Below, piece by piece: positions 33,674-46,204 of a stretch of 64,000 nt of DNA. Every line of letters begins with the position of its first letter. The first letter of the stretch is position 1. Under the pieces are notes generated by a model. The model was not told the origin of the DNA. It made no database searches and saw only the letters and a program-made list of their open reading frames with translations. The position numbers and the translations under genes are program-made. The DNA is taken from positions 930,001-994,000 of the forward strand of contig NW_027590151.1 in assembly GCF_964213995.1 (NCBI RefSeq), given 5' to 3'. Source of the DNA: Mustelus asterias. Taxonomy: Eukaryota.

Positions 33674-34745
33674 ATCCCTCCAAACTATCCACAACACCAT
33701 CAACTTTTGTGTCGTCGGCAAACTTACCAACCCATCCCTCCACTTCCTCATCCAGTCATTTATGAAAATGACAAACAGCAAGGGTCCCAGAACAGATCCC
33801 TGGGGCAATCCACTGGTGACCGACCTCCATTCAGAAAAAGACCCATCTACAACTACTCTCTGCCTTCTGCAGGCAAGCCAGTTCTGGATCCACAAGGCAA
33901 CAGCCCCTTGGATCCCATGCCCTCTCACTTTCTCGAGAAGTCTTGCATGCGGGACCTTATCGAATGCCTTGCTGAAGTCCATGTAAACCACATCTACCGC
34001 TTTTCCTTCGTCAATGTGTTCAGTCACATTTTCAAAGAACTCCACCAGGCTCGTAAGACACAATTTGCCTTTGACAAAGCCGTGCTGACTATGTTTGAGC
34101 ATCCTAAACTTCTCTAAATGTTCATAAATCCTGTCCCTCAGGATTTTCTCCATCAACTTACCAACCACTGAGGTTAGACTCACCAGTCGGTAATTTCCTG
34201 GGCTATCCCTATTCCCTTTCTTCAATATAGGAACCACATCCGCAATCCTCCAGAACCTCTCCCGTCTCCATCGATGATGCAAAGATCATCGCCAGAGGCT
34301 CTGCAGTCTCTTCCCTCGCCTCCCACAGTAACCTGGGGTACATCCCACCCGGTCCCAGCAAATTATCTATCTTGATGCTATTCAAAATTTCCAACACATC
34401 CTCTTTCTTAATGTCCTCATACTCAATCTTTTCAGTCCACCTCAATCCTGTAGTACAACCACCCAGGTCTTTTTCCACTGTGAATACCGAGGTAAAATAT
34501 TCATTAAGCACCTCTGCTATTTCTTCCAGTTCTGTACAGACTTTCTCACCTTCACATTTTATAGGTCCTATTCCTTCACATCTCATCCTTTTACTCTTCA
34601 CATATTTATAGAACGCCTCAGGGTTTTCCTTAATCTTACCTGCCAAGGCCTTCTCGTGACCGCTTCTTGCTCTCCTAATTTCTTTCTTAAGTCCCTTCCT
34701 ACAAGCCGTATACTCATCTAGATCCCTACCATTGCCTAGCTCTCT
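33674..34745 (-). mobile_element. CR1 ORF2 internal fragment
   Basis: [27 protein letters not shown]; frameshifted. Confidence 0.88.
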
Positions 34746-35339
34746 TTTATGAACTCTCTGAATATTCAATTCAGAATGAGGAGATGCATAATAAATAAAT
34801 GTATTGATGTTAAATGTTGAATAATGAAACAAATACCGAGTAAAATAGATTGACAATGATGCATTTACCACAGAGGCTCATTTTCAGTTTTTGTTTCAGA
34901 TTCCAGCATCCACAGTTTTTTGCTTTTATTTATTCGCTCTGACCTGGGCCTCAAAATTCATTCAGGGCGATCGGAAATACTGGATTTTCATGAGAAGAAA
35001 AAGAGGAGCATGTTCTCCAGGAGCACCTGGAGAACGTGCAGACTCCGCACAGGCAGTCACCCAAGCCGAGAAACGAACATGAGTCCCTGGTGCTATAATG
35101 GTTGTCCACAGAGAGAATGTGGACAGCCATTAGCAGTCTTTTCCCCTGGTTTCTGTGGCTATGGCTCATCTTTAATTCCCTCACCCTGCAGTATAAATAT
35201 CTCCCACTTGCTATTTCTTTTTGCTTTGATAAAGGGTCATCTGGACTCAATATTGCAAATATCTCTGACATTAAGTGATGTCCATCTTTGTGCGGGGCAA
35301 ACGTGCTCCATTTGGACAGAAGGTGAAGTGTCGGAACAG

Positions 35340-35740
35340 ATGTGCCGCTAAAAAAGATGACGACGATGTGGGGGCGGGGCTTTGGGCGGTGCCCGCAGAA
35401 CGCTAAGGCGGTTGGGCTTGCACATCCGCATTGGAGCGGGAGTGTTTTGTTGACGGAAATACGCTGCTTCTTCTCTTGATCGGAATCAGATTTGAAAGGG
35501 GGGGACGGTTAACGGTCAGCGGCGTTGTCATGGCTGCAGGGGCGGGGCTTGACAACCGCGCGTGCTGGCACAAGCGGACCCTGAGCGGCACCAGCAGGTG
35601 CGGAGGCCGCGCGGGGAGCCGGGGTCTCGAGTAAGCGACAAGCCGGGTCAGCCCGCCTCTCTCGAGGGGACGCCACCGCACACTGGCCCGGGGACGTGGC
35701 ACCAACCCAAAACTTCCCAACCCCGGGTTTTTCGCGCCTC
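35340..35740 (+). promoter_or_regulatory. CpG-island promoter of the EMC4 copy
   Basis: Local CpG density, GGGGCGGGGC boxes (about 35371 and 35540) and ATTGG. Confidence 0.65.
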
Positions 35741-36722
35741 TTTTACCCCTCACCGAGCTCCTGATCACAAAGCAGCCCCTCAAATCCCCCAGAAACCACT
35801 CAGACCCCACTTGGCATCTTTTCCCCAGGTCATGACCCTGAGATGCCATCTTGGTTTCAGCCCCTCCACCTGATCAGGTGCCAACTGCGGTGGTGGTTGG
35901 AGGAACGATTGCTCGGTTCCAGGGCCGGGTGCTGAACTGGATCTCTCTCAATGTCCCGCAGTGTTTGTTTTCAAGATACAATTTGGTACTTCTGGTGATT
36001 TGTCACTTTGTCCCTAAATGGAGGGCAAGCGGATTGGCACCCTGATTATCAATTCACACTAAATCCACTTCTGCAGCCCTTCATTCCCGTGGCAGTTCAG
36101 TGGACACAATGGCAGTGTGTGTCTGAGGTTTGCCCAAGCTTTAGTTCATGCTGGCACTATTGCCACCACGTTGGGGTCCTCAACAGAGAGACTCCCTCTT
36201 TAAAGAAGGTCTTGAAAGGGTGACCAACTTGTGTTTTCTGTTTCTCATAGGAGCCGTGATCAACAGTGTGGCCAGAGAGACTCCATGTGCCCAGTCGCAT
36301 ATTCGGACAAACAGCTACCGGACATCTGCATCCAAGAAACAGACAGGATCCTGGTCGAGAAAGTAAGTTGGATTTGAATGTGTCTTTAGTGTGTGGCTGA
36401 CAACGCCCCTGGTTTGTCCACGGTGGTGAAGTACCTTGGTGAACCACAGCAGCCTGTGTGTTAAAGGGTTAATGGTCATCCTTACTTCCAGGCCTGGGTA
36501 TAAGATCAGCATATGGCCTCCCCTAACCGGCCCCCTTCACTGATACCCTGCTCACTTTCTGTTTTCAGTCCTGCTGGGACACCGCCTTGGGCCCATTGAA
36601 ACAGCTGCCCATGAATCTGTTCATCATGTACATGGCTGGCAACACCATCTCCATCCTCCCTATCATGATGTTGTGCATGATGGCCTGGAGACCCATACAG
36701 GCCTTCATGTCCCTGTCTGCAA
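35530..36722 (+). pseudogene. EMC4: EMC4 (ER membrane complex subunit 4) exons 1-3 (35530-35597, 36251-36362, 36569-36722); later exons not found
   Basis: Spliced translation [19 protein letters not shown]|[45 protein letters not shown] matches EMC4/TMEM85. GT-AG sites are in phase. Confidence 0.85.
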
Positions 36723-36975
36723 GTGAGTATTGTTTTGAATCTACAGCTCAGAAACAGCTCTGAACCGGCATCACTTGAGTGCAGCTTAGAATAGAGTTCT
36801 GGGAGTTGGGTAATTAACGGAGTTAGGGAAGGAAGGGAAAGAGGTGCCCTTTTGCTTTCTACCTTTCTCAGCATTTAGGAAGTGATCTTACTCTTCGACA
36901 GGAGAAGAAGCCAGATTTTTTGTGAGTATCTGCTAAGTAACTAAGATTTATTCTGTTCCTAAGGATCAAAATAGT

Positions 36976-37180
36976 ATAAGAACATAAGAACATAAGAAAT
37001 AGGAGCAGGAGTAGGCCATCTAGCCCCTCGAGCCTGCCCCGCCATTCAATAAGATCATGGCTGATCTGACATGGATCAGTACCACTTACCCGCCTGATCC
37101 CCATAACCCTTAATTCCCTTACCGCTCAGGAATCCATCCATCCGCGCTTTAAACATATTCAGCGAGGTAGCCTCCACCAC
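36976..37180 (-). mobile_element. 205-bp 3'-terminal stub of CR1 family B
   Basis: Matches 21922-22126 with about 3 substitutions; (TTCTTATG)n tail. Confidence 0.92.
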
Positions 37181-39535
37181 AAAGCTACCCGAAACCACCA
37201 GCAGGTGGCGTGACTTACCGTCGTTGCGGAGTTTTCACATTGCGACCAGAAAATCAATGTGCCCTTTCTATTTGTCACATTTAATGAATCCGTCATTACC
37301 AGAGACCATGAGACTGGCGGTGTAAATAAGAAGCAGAAAGCTAAAGTTGGCGAAATACATTTAAAGTCACGTGTGTTCTCTGCTCTTGGATTGTTTGGAA
37401 ATGGATAATGTTCACCGGATTTAAGCAGTGATCCTTCCTTGTTGATCAGCCCCACTACTCGCCATCAGCAATTGCTGAAGCGATTCATTCCGCTGCTGTC
37501 TGCACCCGGGCAAAGACGGTGAAAGCAAAAGTAGTGGAGCAGACCATGGCTGCATTTCGCGTTTTATCGACAGTCATCCAATGGAGCAGCACCACCTTAC
37601 CTTCACTGCTCACATCCGCACAGCGAAGTGTGTAAACCACCAAGGGAATCCTGCAACTCCATAACATTTGCAGATCGTGCGATGGGCCATTCACCCCATC
37701 GTGTGTGCTTGGCTGTCATTAATTGGTACAGTGGCGTCACAGTGGTTAGCACTGCTGCCTCATAATTCCAGGAATCCGGGTTCAGTTCCAGGCTACGTGG
37801 AGTTTGCAGATGCTCCCAGTGTCTGTGTGGGGTGCCCCTTTTCCTCCGGCAGTTCAATGATGTGCAGGTTAGATGCGTTCAGCATTCCAACTTGTCAAAT
37901 ATTTGTGGGTTAGAATAAATCGCCACGAGAAATCTGTGGGGTTACGGTGATGGAGCAGGAGAGGACCAGGAAAATATACTCTGTCGGAGAGTCACTGCAG
38001 ACTCGAAGAGCCTGATGGCCTCCTTTTACACTGTATGGATTCGAAGACAATTATTGATCTTTTCATCAACTGCATTCCCTAAACTCCATATTCCTTATGC
38101 AAACGTAATTGGAGCAGCGCTGGTAAGCTTACTTCCAGCAACGTAGCTCAAACAGACATGAGAGTTTATTTATTGAATTTTCAGTCATCTACCTGAATCA
38201 CTCAAACATTCTGGTTCACTGTGTACCATTCAGGATACCTGTCACTGAATCAAGTGGTTAGCTGATTTCCGTCAAACACTTACTCATCTCGAACCTCTTA
38301 ATGAGGAAGTATGATCTGTATTGCTGAACGTTCCCCTCCAGTTATTTCTCGGATCTGATCTGCTTTCTTCCCGACTACAAGATACAATAGCAAATCTTCC
38401 CTTGTTGGTGTTTCTTCCAACATTTCGGATTATATAAGCATCTGAAACCAATCGTAGAAGCTATTCGGTTACCTCCTTTACCGACTTCTTGCATAGAATT
38501 AATACGAGACAATATAAATCTCCATTACTATTGTTGCATAATTTGTCTGCATATTTCTTCCACTATCTTCCTTCCCGGTGCAGAGACATGGTGAGGGACA
38601 CAATAAGTTCAGAGATAGGGTTGTCGAGGTGAAGAGCTATAGAGTGACACGAAGATGTACAGATTCCGAAAGATACTGAGTAAGAAACTCCTGATATTGA
38701 GTTTGATGTAACGGTTAAAATGCACTCAGTGTAAACGTTTCCATCGCATCTTCTGATTCTGATTCGCACGCTGTCTCTCAAAGGCAATAAAGGAAGACTT
38801 CCATTTATATACCGCCGTTCATGACATCAGGACTTCACAAAGAACTTTACACCCAAAGAAGTCTTCGAATTTTCATCACTGTCTTAATATAGGAGTCTTG
38901 GCAGTTAATAGGTGCGCTTCAAACTCCACAAAGAACAAAGTGATAATCAGGTCATCGATTTTAGTGATTTTGATTGGAGGGCTGATGGAAAGTGACATCT
39001 GTCAGAAAACCTGTCATTCTGTCATCTAAGTTGCCATTTCCGCTCATCGGTCGCACAGATATACATTCAAGTTCACATTTCAGGTTTTGGCTCATTTAGT
39101 TCCACTGTTGAGGCGGAGGGTGGGTGATGCACTTTTATAGGAAAGTCCAGTAGATCCGCAATGAGTCTCGATTCCCTCATCTGCCTGAGTGTTTTTCCCC
39201 CCTATTTCTTTGTTGTGAAGAACGATTTAAAAAAAAGAATCTTCTGGCAAATATGCGCCATTTCCCATAGATCACTTACAATATCACTTGTGTCAGTCTT
39301 CTATTAGAAACGTTTCAGATGGTGATTCACGATGTTAGTCTGCACCTATAATCCCATTAAATTCTGTTGTACAATGAGTCTGTCAAAAAACTATCAGCAT
39401 TAATTATTTTACGGTTAATATTTGCCGAGGTCAGAGCAAAGATAATATGGTTCCAACATCGAGATTCGGATAATTTTGAGCAACGAACTGCAATCATACG
39501 GATTTTGCCCACTCGACATGAAAAAGTTTAAGGAA

Positions 39536-39597
39536 TGTTTCGAACAGCGGCCTTTTCGCATGTGAGGCGAACGTGATAACCACTACAATACAGAAAC
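39536..39597 (-). pseudogene. tRNA-Val(CAC) pseudogene (duplicate of 19186-19247)
   Basis: Identical sequence. Confidence 0.85.
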
Positions 39598-40743
39598 AGC
39601 TGGCAACAGCTTAAAACAAATGGGCCTGTCTGCAATGTTCAACTGCGCTGTGTTGCTGCAGATTACAATGGTTCGACTGAGAGCCCATGTCACTTAAATC
39701 GGAAGACAACCGTTACTTTCAACCTGATTGCTCAACTTAACTTTAACGTCAAAGTTTAAAAGCGTTCGTCCATCATTTTTCTAAGGGAGCAAAGATTTCG
39801 GCTCATTCATTAATTTTCATCTTTCTTCGAATAATCTCAACCAATTGTACTCAGTAATAAAAGCAAATTACTGAGGATGCTGGAATCTGAAACCAAAAGA
39901 GGAAATGCTGGAAAACCTCACAAGCATCTGTGAGGAGAGAAAGGAGCTGACGTTTCGTGTCCAGATGACACTTCATCAACGCTCATTGTACAATTGTACT
40001 CAGTATTTGTTTCAATATTTAGTATCAACGCATTATTTAACACACGTCTTCATGATGAATTGAATATCTCTGAAATTGAACATCACTCAATTGCAAACAT
40101 AACTGACCACCAAATGAATCGAGTCACCGGGTAATACAGATCGCAATTTTGAGAATGACCATAGTCAGCTTTTAAACAAAGTCAATTACATTTAAATGGA
40201 AGGGATTGAAGAATTATCTCTTAGTTACACTTGAGCCTTTTTTTGTCATGGGCGCGAAACATTCAGACGCATGAATTCCGGCCATCTATGGGAAAGTCCA
40301 GTAGATCCGCACTGAGGTCTCGATTTCCTCATCTGTCTCAGTGGCTTTTCCAATTTTTTGCTATGAAGAACGATATAAAAACTCTTCTGGGAAATGTGCG
40401 CCATTTCCTCTGGTTTACTTACAGTATCACTTGTGTCTGTCTTTTTGAGCACACACTACTATTTGTCATGTTCCAGATAGTGATTATGTCATTCTGCACT
40501 GATAGACCCATTAAATTCGGTTGTAGATTGAACGACATGCGAATATGTACACGTTGTCAAAGTCGAAAGGTTTCTTTCCTGTCAGTGCGTCAAGAGATAT
40601 CAGCATTTCTTATTTTACAGAAAGCATTTGAGGCTCAGGTTAGAGCAAAAATAATTTGGCTGTCACATCAAAGTTCGGATAATGTTGAGCAACGAACTGA
40701 AATCATGCAGATTTCTTCACCCGACATGAGAAAACTTAATGAA

Positions 40744-40800
40744 CGTTTCCCCCCGGGGACCTTTTGCGTGTGAGGCGAACGTGATAACCACTATAGAAAC
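40744..40800 (-). pseudogene. tRNA-Val(CAC) pseudogene (duplicate of 20394-20450)
   Basis: Identical sequence. Confidence 0.8.
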
Positions 40801-42270
40801 AGCTGGCAGCAAACTCCAGCAAATCAATCTATCTGCAATGTTAACTGCGCTGTGTTTCTGCAGGTTCCAATGGTTTGACTGAGAGCCCATGTCACTTGTT
40901 TCAGGAAGAAAACCGTTACTTTCAATCTGATTGCTCGCATTATCTTGAACTTCAAAATTTAAAAGCGTTCGTTTGGCAAATATCTACGGGACCAATGATT
41001 TCTGCTCATTCATTAATGCATCCATTCTCATCGTCCATTGAAAATTCTCAACCGATTGTGCTCATTAATAAAAGCAAATTACTGAGGATGCTGGAATCAG
41101 AAAACAAAAGAGAAAATGCTGGAAAATCTCACGTGGTCTGGCAGCATCTGTGAGGAGAGAAAGGAGCTGACGTTTCAAATCCAGATGGCACTTTATCAAA
41201 GCTCATTGTACAATTGTACTCAGTATTTGTTTCAATATTTAATATCAATGCATTATTTAACACATATGTCTTCATTATGAATTGAATATCTCTGAAATTG
41301 AATATCACTGAATTGCAAACATAACTGACCAACAGAAGCAATCGAGTCACCGGATAATAGAGATCGCAATTTTGAGATTGACTATAGTCAGCGTTTAAAC
41401 AAAGTCAACAACATTTAAGTGGAAGAGGTTGAAAACATATCTGTTAGTTACACTTGGCCTTTTTTATTTTGGGCCTGAAACATTCAGGTGTATAAATTCC
41501 GGCCATCTACAGGAAAGTCCAGTATTTCCGCGCTGAGTCTCGATTTCCTCATCTGGCTGAGTGATTTTTTCCTATTTCTTTTTTATGACGAACGATTTTT
41601 AAAAAATATTCTGGGAAATATGCGCCATTTCCTCTCGTCCACTTGCAGTATCACTTGTGTCTGTCTCTTTGAGCACACACTACTATGAGACATGCTTCAG
41701 GTGGTGATTAACTATGTTAGTCTGCACCTATAAACCCATTCAATTCTGCTGCAGACTGAACGAGATGCGAATATGCGCACGGTGTCAAAATCGAAACGTT
41801 TCTTTCCTTTCAGTGCGTCAAAAAAAATCAGCATTTCTTATTTTACAGAAAACATCGCTATCACCGGCTCCTGTGAGATCGAGTCTGCAGCAATGACACC
41901 TGCAGAAATTTAGAAACATCAAGCGTTAAGATGTCATTATCATTTGATTGTAAATAATAGCATTAGGGAACGGATCACATTGTAATTTGCAACAAAGCGA
42001 AATTAAATTAATGTCGAAGTTGCTTGCAAGAGGAAGATTGTCTAAATTGTTGACTGACCAAGTAAGAGAGCTGAAACAGTGAGAACTTAATACAAAACGA
42101 GACCCTACATGTTAGCAGCAAGTTTATTGCGGAATTAAACAGAATGGGTGAACCTGTAATTGTTTCTGTGAAGATATTCATATATATCCGGTCTCTCCAG
42201 CGATTGGTTCATTCCTGAAAGAATCAACTGGTGACGTCTCATCCGCTCCACGGCCTCCTGTTCTCCAATT

Positions 42271-45200
42271 CATAAGAACATAAGAACATAAGAAATAGGA
42301 GCAGGAGTAGGCCATCTAGCCCCTCGAGCCTGCCCCGCCATTCAATAAGATCATGGCTGATCTGACGTGGATCAGTACCACTTACCCGCCTGATCCCCAT
42401 AACCCTTAATTCCCTTACCGATCAGGAATCCATCTATCCGCGCTTTAAACATATTCAGCGAGGTAGCCTCCACCACCTCAGTGGGCAGAGAATTCCAGAG
42501 ATTCACCACCCTCTGGGAGAAGAAGTTCCTCCTCAACTCTGTCTTAAACCGACCCCCCTTTATTTTGAGGCTGTGTCCTCTAGTTTTAACTTCCTTACTA
42601 AGTGGAAAGAATCTCTCCGCCTCCACCCTATCCAGCCCCCGCATTATCTTATAAGTCTCCATAAGATCCCCCCTCATCCTTCTAAACTCCAACGAGTACA
42701 AACCCAATCTCCTCAGCCTCTCCTCATAATCCAAACCCCTCATCTCCGGTATCAACCTGGTGAACCTTCTCTGCACTCCCTCCAATGCCAATATATCCTT
42801 CCTCATATAAGGGGACCAATACTGCACACAGTATTCCAGCTGCGGCCTCACCAATGCCCTGTACAGGTGCATCAAGACATCCCTGCTTTTATATTCTATC
42901 CCCTTCGCAATATAGGCCAACATCCCATTTGCCTTCTTGATCACCTGTTGTACCTGCAGACTGGGCTTTTGCGTCTCATGCACAAGGACCCCCAGGTCCC
43001 TTTGCACGGTAGCATGTTTTAATTTGTTTCCATTGAGATAGTAATCCCATTTGTTATTATTTCCTCCAAAGTGTATAACCTCGCATTTATCAACGTTATA
43101 CTCCATTTGCCATATCCTCGCCCACTCACTCAGCCTGTCCAAATCTCTCTGCAGATCTTCTCCGTCCTCCACACGATTCACTTTTCCACTTATCTTTGTG
43201 TCGTCTGCAAACTTCGTTACCCTACACTCCGTCCCCTCCTCCAGATCATCTATATAAATGGTAAATAGTTGCGGCCCGAGTACCGATCCCTGCGGCACGC
43301 CACTAGTTACCTTCCTCCAACCGGAAAAACACCCATTTATTCCGACTCTTTGCTTCCTGTCGGATAGCCAGTCCCCAATCCACTTTAACACACTACCCCC
43401 AACTCCGTGTGCCCTCATCTTCTTCAGTAGCCTTTTATGGGGCACCTTATCAAACGCCTTTTGGAAATCCAAAAACACCGCATCCACCGGTTCTCCTCCA
43501 TCAACCGCCCTAGTCACATCTTCATAAAAATCCAACATGTTCGTCAAGCACGACTTTCCCCTCATGAATCCATGCTGCGTCTGATTGATCGAACCATTTC
43601 TATCCAGATGCCCTGCTATCTCCTCTTTAATAATGGATTCCAGCATTTTCCCTACTACAGACGTTAAGCTGACCGGCCTATAGTTACCCGCCTTTTGTCT
43701 CCTTCCTTTTTTAAACAGCGGCGTAACATTAGCCGTTTTCCAATCAACCGGCACTACCCCAGAATGCAACGAGTTTTGATAAATAATCACTAACGCATCC
43801 ACTATTACCTCTGACATTTCTTTCAATACCCTGGGATGCATTCCATCCGGACCCGGGGACTTGTCCACCTTCAGTCCCATTAGTCTACCCAGCACTGCCT
43901 CTCTGGTAACATTAATCGTATTAAGTATTTCTCCTGCTGCCAACCCTCTATCGTTAATATTTGGCAAACTATTTGTGTCCTCCACCGTGAAGACCGACAC
44001 AAAAAACTTATTTAAAGACTCAGCCATATCCTCATTTCCCACTATTAACTCCCCCCTCTCGTCCTCCAAGGGTCCAACATTCACTCTAGCCACTCTATTC
44101 CTTTTTATATATTTATAAAAACTTTTACTATCATTTTTTATATTAATTGCTAGCCTAGCTTCATAGTCTATCCTTCCTTTCTTTATCGCTTTCTTAGTCT
44201 CTCTTTGTTGTTTCTTAAATTTTTCCCAATCACTTGTTTCTCCACTATTTTTGGCCACTCTGTACGCAGCTGTTTTTATTTTAATACTCTCCTTTATTTC
44301 CTTCGTTATCCACGGCTGGTTCTCCCTTTTCTTACAATCCTTGTTTTTTGCTGGAATATATTTTTGCTGAGAACTGAAAAGGATCTCCTTAAAAATCCTC
44401 CACTGTTCCTCAGCTATCCTACCTGCCAGCCTGCTCTCCCAGTCTACCTTAGCCAATTCATCCCTCATCCTATCATATTTCCCTCTGTTCAAACAGAGGA
44501 CACTGGTTTGAGACCAAACTTTCTCCTCTTCCATCTGAATCAGAAATTCGACCATATTGTGGTCACTAGACCCAAGAGGGTCCTTCACAATAAGATCCTT
44601 AATTCTACCTACCTCGTTACACAATACCAGATCCAAAATAGCTCGTTCCCTCGTCGGTTCCGTAACATGCTGTTCAAGGAAACTATCCCGACAGCATTCT
44701 AAGAACTCTTCCTCCATTCCACCATTACCGACTTGAGTCTGCCAGTCAATGTGCATGTTGAAGTCCCCCATGATTATTGCCGTTCCGTTTTTACACGCAT
44801 CCCTTATCTGCTTGTTTATAGCCCTCCCTACCTCAACATTATTATTCGGGGGCCTATATAACACACCTACTAGTATCTTTCTCCCTCTACTATTCCTCAT
44901 CTCTACCCATAACGATTCCACGTTTTGTTCCTCAGAGCCTATGTCATCCCTCAGTACTACCCTGATATTATCTCTTATTAATAGCGCGACCCCACCACCT
45001 TTTCCTTCCTGTCTATTCTTCCTAAACGCCTGATACCCCTGGATATTCATCTCCCAGTCCTGGTCACCTTTCAGCCACGTTTCTGTAATGGCCACTAGAT
45101 CGTACCCACTTGTGCTGATTTGCACCATCAACTCATTCACCTTGTTCCGAATGCTTCGTGCATTCAGGCAAAGTGTCCTTATTCCAGCTTTTATCTGAAC

Positions 45201-46063
45201 CCGCTTTGATGAGTCGCGAACACCCTCTCCCTCTACTCCCTTATCTAAATTACCGCCTTCATTCACTTGCACCCTCTCCTCTACCATTAATTTTGTAATT
45301 CCCCTTACCCCTGCATCCTCCCCCCCATCAATTAGTTCCTTGATCCTAGTCAACTCTTCTAGCTCCCCTCCCCCCAACCTATCTAGTTTAAATTCTCCCC
45401 AGTAGCCTTAGCCAACCTACCGGCCAGGATATTGGTCCCCGTGTGATTCAAGTTCCACCCGTTTTTTGTATACAGATCACCCCTGCCCCTAAAGAGGTCC
45501 CAATGGTCCAGGAACCTGAATCCCTGCCCCCTGCACCAGTCCCTCAGCCACACATTCATCCTCCACCTCACTCCATTCCTGCCCTCACCTTCCCGTGGCA
45601 CAGGCAGTAATCCTGAGATTACTACCTTTGCTTTCCTCTTTCTCAGCTGTCTCCCTAATTCCCTGTACTCCCTTTTCATGACCCCTTCTCCCTTCCTACC
45701 CACATCAGCGGTACCAATATGTACCGCTACCTCAGGCTCCTCTCCCTCCCACCTCAGGATTTCTGGGACGCGACTAGCGACATCCTGGATCCCGGCCCCA
45801 GGGAGGCAGACCACCATGCGAGAATCCCGCCTACCTCCGCAGAAACGCCTGTCTGTCCCCTTCACCATCGAGTCCCCGATTACTACCGCCTTCCTCCTCT
45901 TTTCCTTAGCCCTCTGAGTTACAGGGCTGGACTCCACTGCGGAGACACGGCCACTGCTGCTTCCCCCAGGCGGGCTGTCCCCCCCAGCAGTACTCAAGCA
46001 GGAGTACTTGTTGTGCAGGGGCAAATCCACCGGGGTGCTCTCAACCACCCTAGCCTTACCCTT
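42271..46063 (-). mobile_element. CR1 family B, 5'-truncated within ORF1, ORF2 intact
   Basis: Same insertion site as the 21921 copy; the ORF1 N-terminus is missing. Confidence 0.95.
42372..45377 (-). CDS. CR1 ORF2p (endonuclease plus RT)
   Basis: 1001 open codons; a few amino-acid differences from the 22022 copy. Confidence 0.93.
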   Translation of the reverse strand: MGGGELEELTRIKELIDGGEDAGVRGITKLMVEERVQVNEGGNLDKGVEGEGVRDSSKRVQIKAGIRTLCLNARSIRNKVNELMVQISTSGYDLVAITETWLKGDQDWEMNIQGYQAFRKNRQEGKGGGVALLIRDNIRVVLRDDIGSEEQNVESLWVEMRNSRGRKILVGVLYRPPNNNVEVGRAINKQIRDACKNGTAIIMGDFNMHIDWQTQVGNGGMEEEFLECCRDSFLEQHVTEPTRERAILDLVLCNEVGRIKDLIVKDPLGSSDHNMVEFLIQMEEEKVWSQTSVLCLNRGKYDRMRDELAKVDWESRLAGRIAEEQWRIFKEILFSSQQKYIPAKNKDCKKRENQPWITKEIKESIKIKTAAYRVAKNSGETSDWEKFKKQQRETKKAIKKGRIDYEARLAINIKNDSKSFYKYIKRNRVARVNVGPLEDERGELIVGNEDMAESLNKFFVSVFTVEDTNSLPNINDRGLAAGEILNTINVTREAVLGRLMGLKVDKSPGPDGMHPRVLKEMSEVIVDALVIIYQNSLHSGVVPVDWKTANVTPLFKKGRRQKAGNYRPVSLTSVVGKMLESIIKEEIAGHLDRNGSINQTQHGFMRGKSCLTNMLDFYEDVTRAVDGGEPVDAVFLDFQKAFDKVPHKRLLKKMRAHGVGGSVLKWIGDWLSDRKQRVGINGCFSGWRKVTSGVPQGSVLGPQLFTIYIDDLEEGTECRVTKFADDTKISGKVNRVEDGEDLQRDLDRLSEWARIWQMEYNVDKCEVIHFGGNNNKWDYYLNGNKLKHATVQRDLGVLVHETQKPSLQVQQVIKKANGMLAYIAKGIEYKSRDVLMHLYRALVRPQLEYCVQYWSPYMRKDILALEGVQRRFTRLIPEMRGLDYEERLRRLGLYSLEFRRMRGDLMETYKIMRGLDRVEAERFFPLSKEVKTRGHSLKIKGGRFKTELRRNFFSQRVVNLWNSLPTEVVEATSLNMFKARIDGFLIGKGIKGYGDQAGKWY

Positions 46064-46204
46064 ATAGCAACAGGTGGTAAGGTTAATAAAATACTTAAAA
46101 ACAAAGATAAATTATCATTGGATAAAATAAATAGTTTATTAGTACACATTCAAGCTGCAGCATTTGGGAGTTCCTGGGTGTCAGTTTGATCCAGGGCAAA
46201 CAGG

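Larger units (their letters stand above)
37181..46063 (+). repeat. Segmental duplicate, copy 2 (of 16833-25713)
   Basis: Contains the SINE (about 37723-38040), the tRNA-Val repeat units and the CR1, which is truncated in ORF1. Confidence 0.97.
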
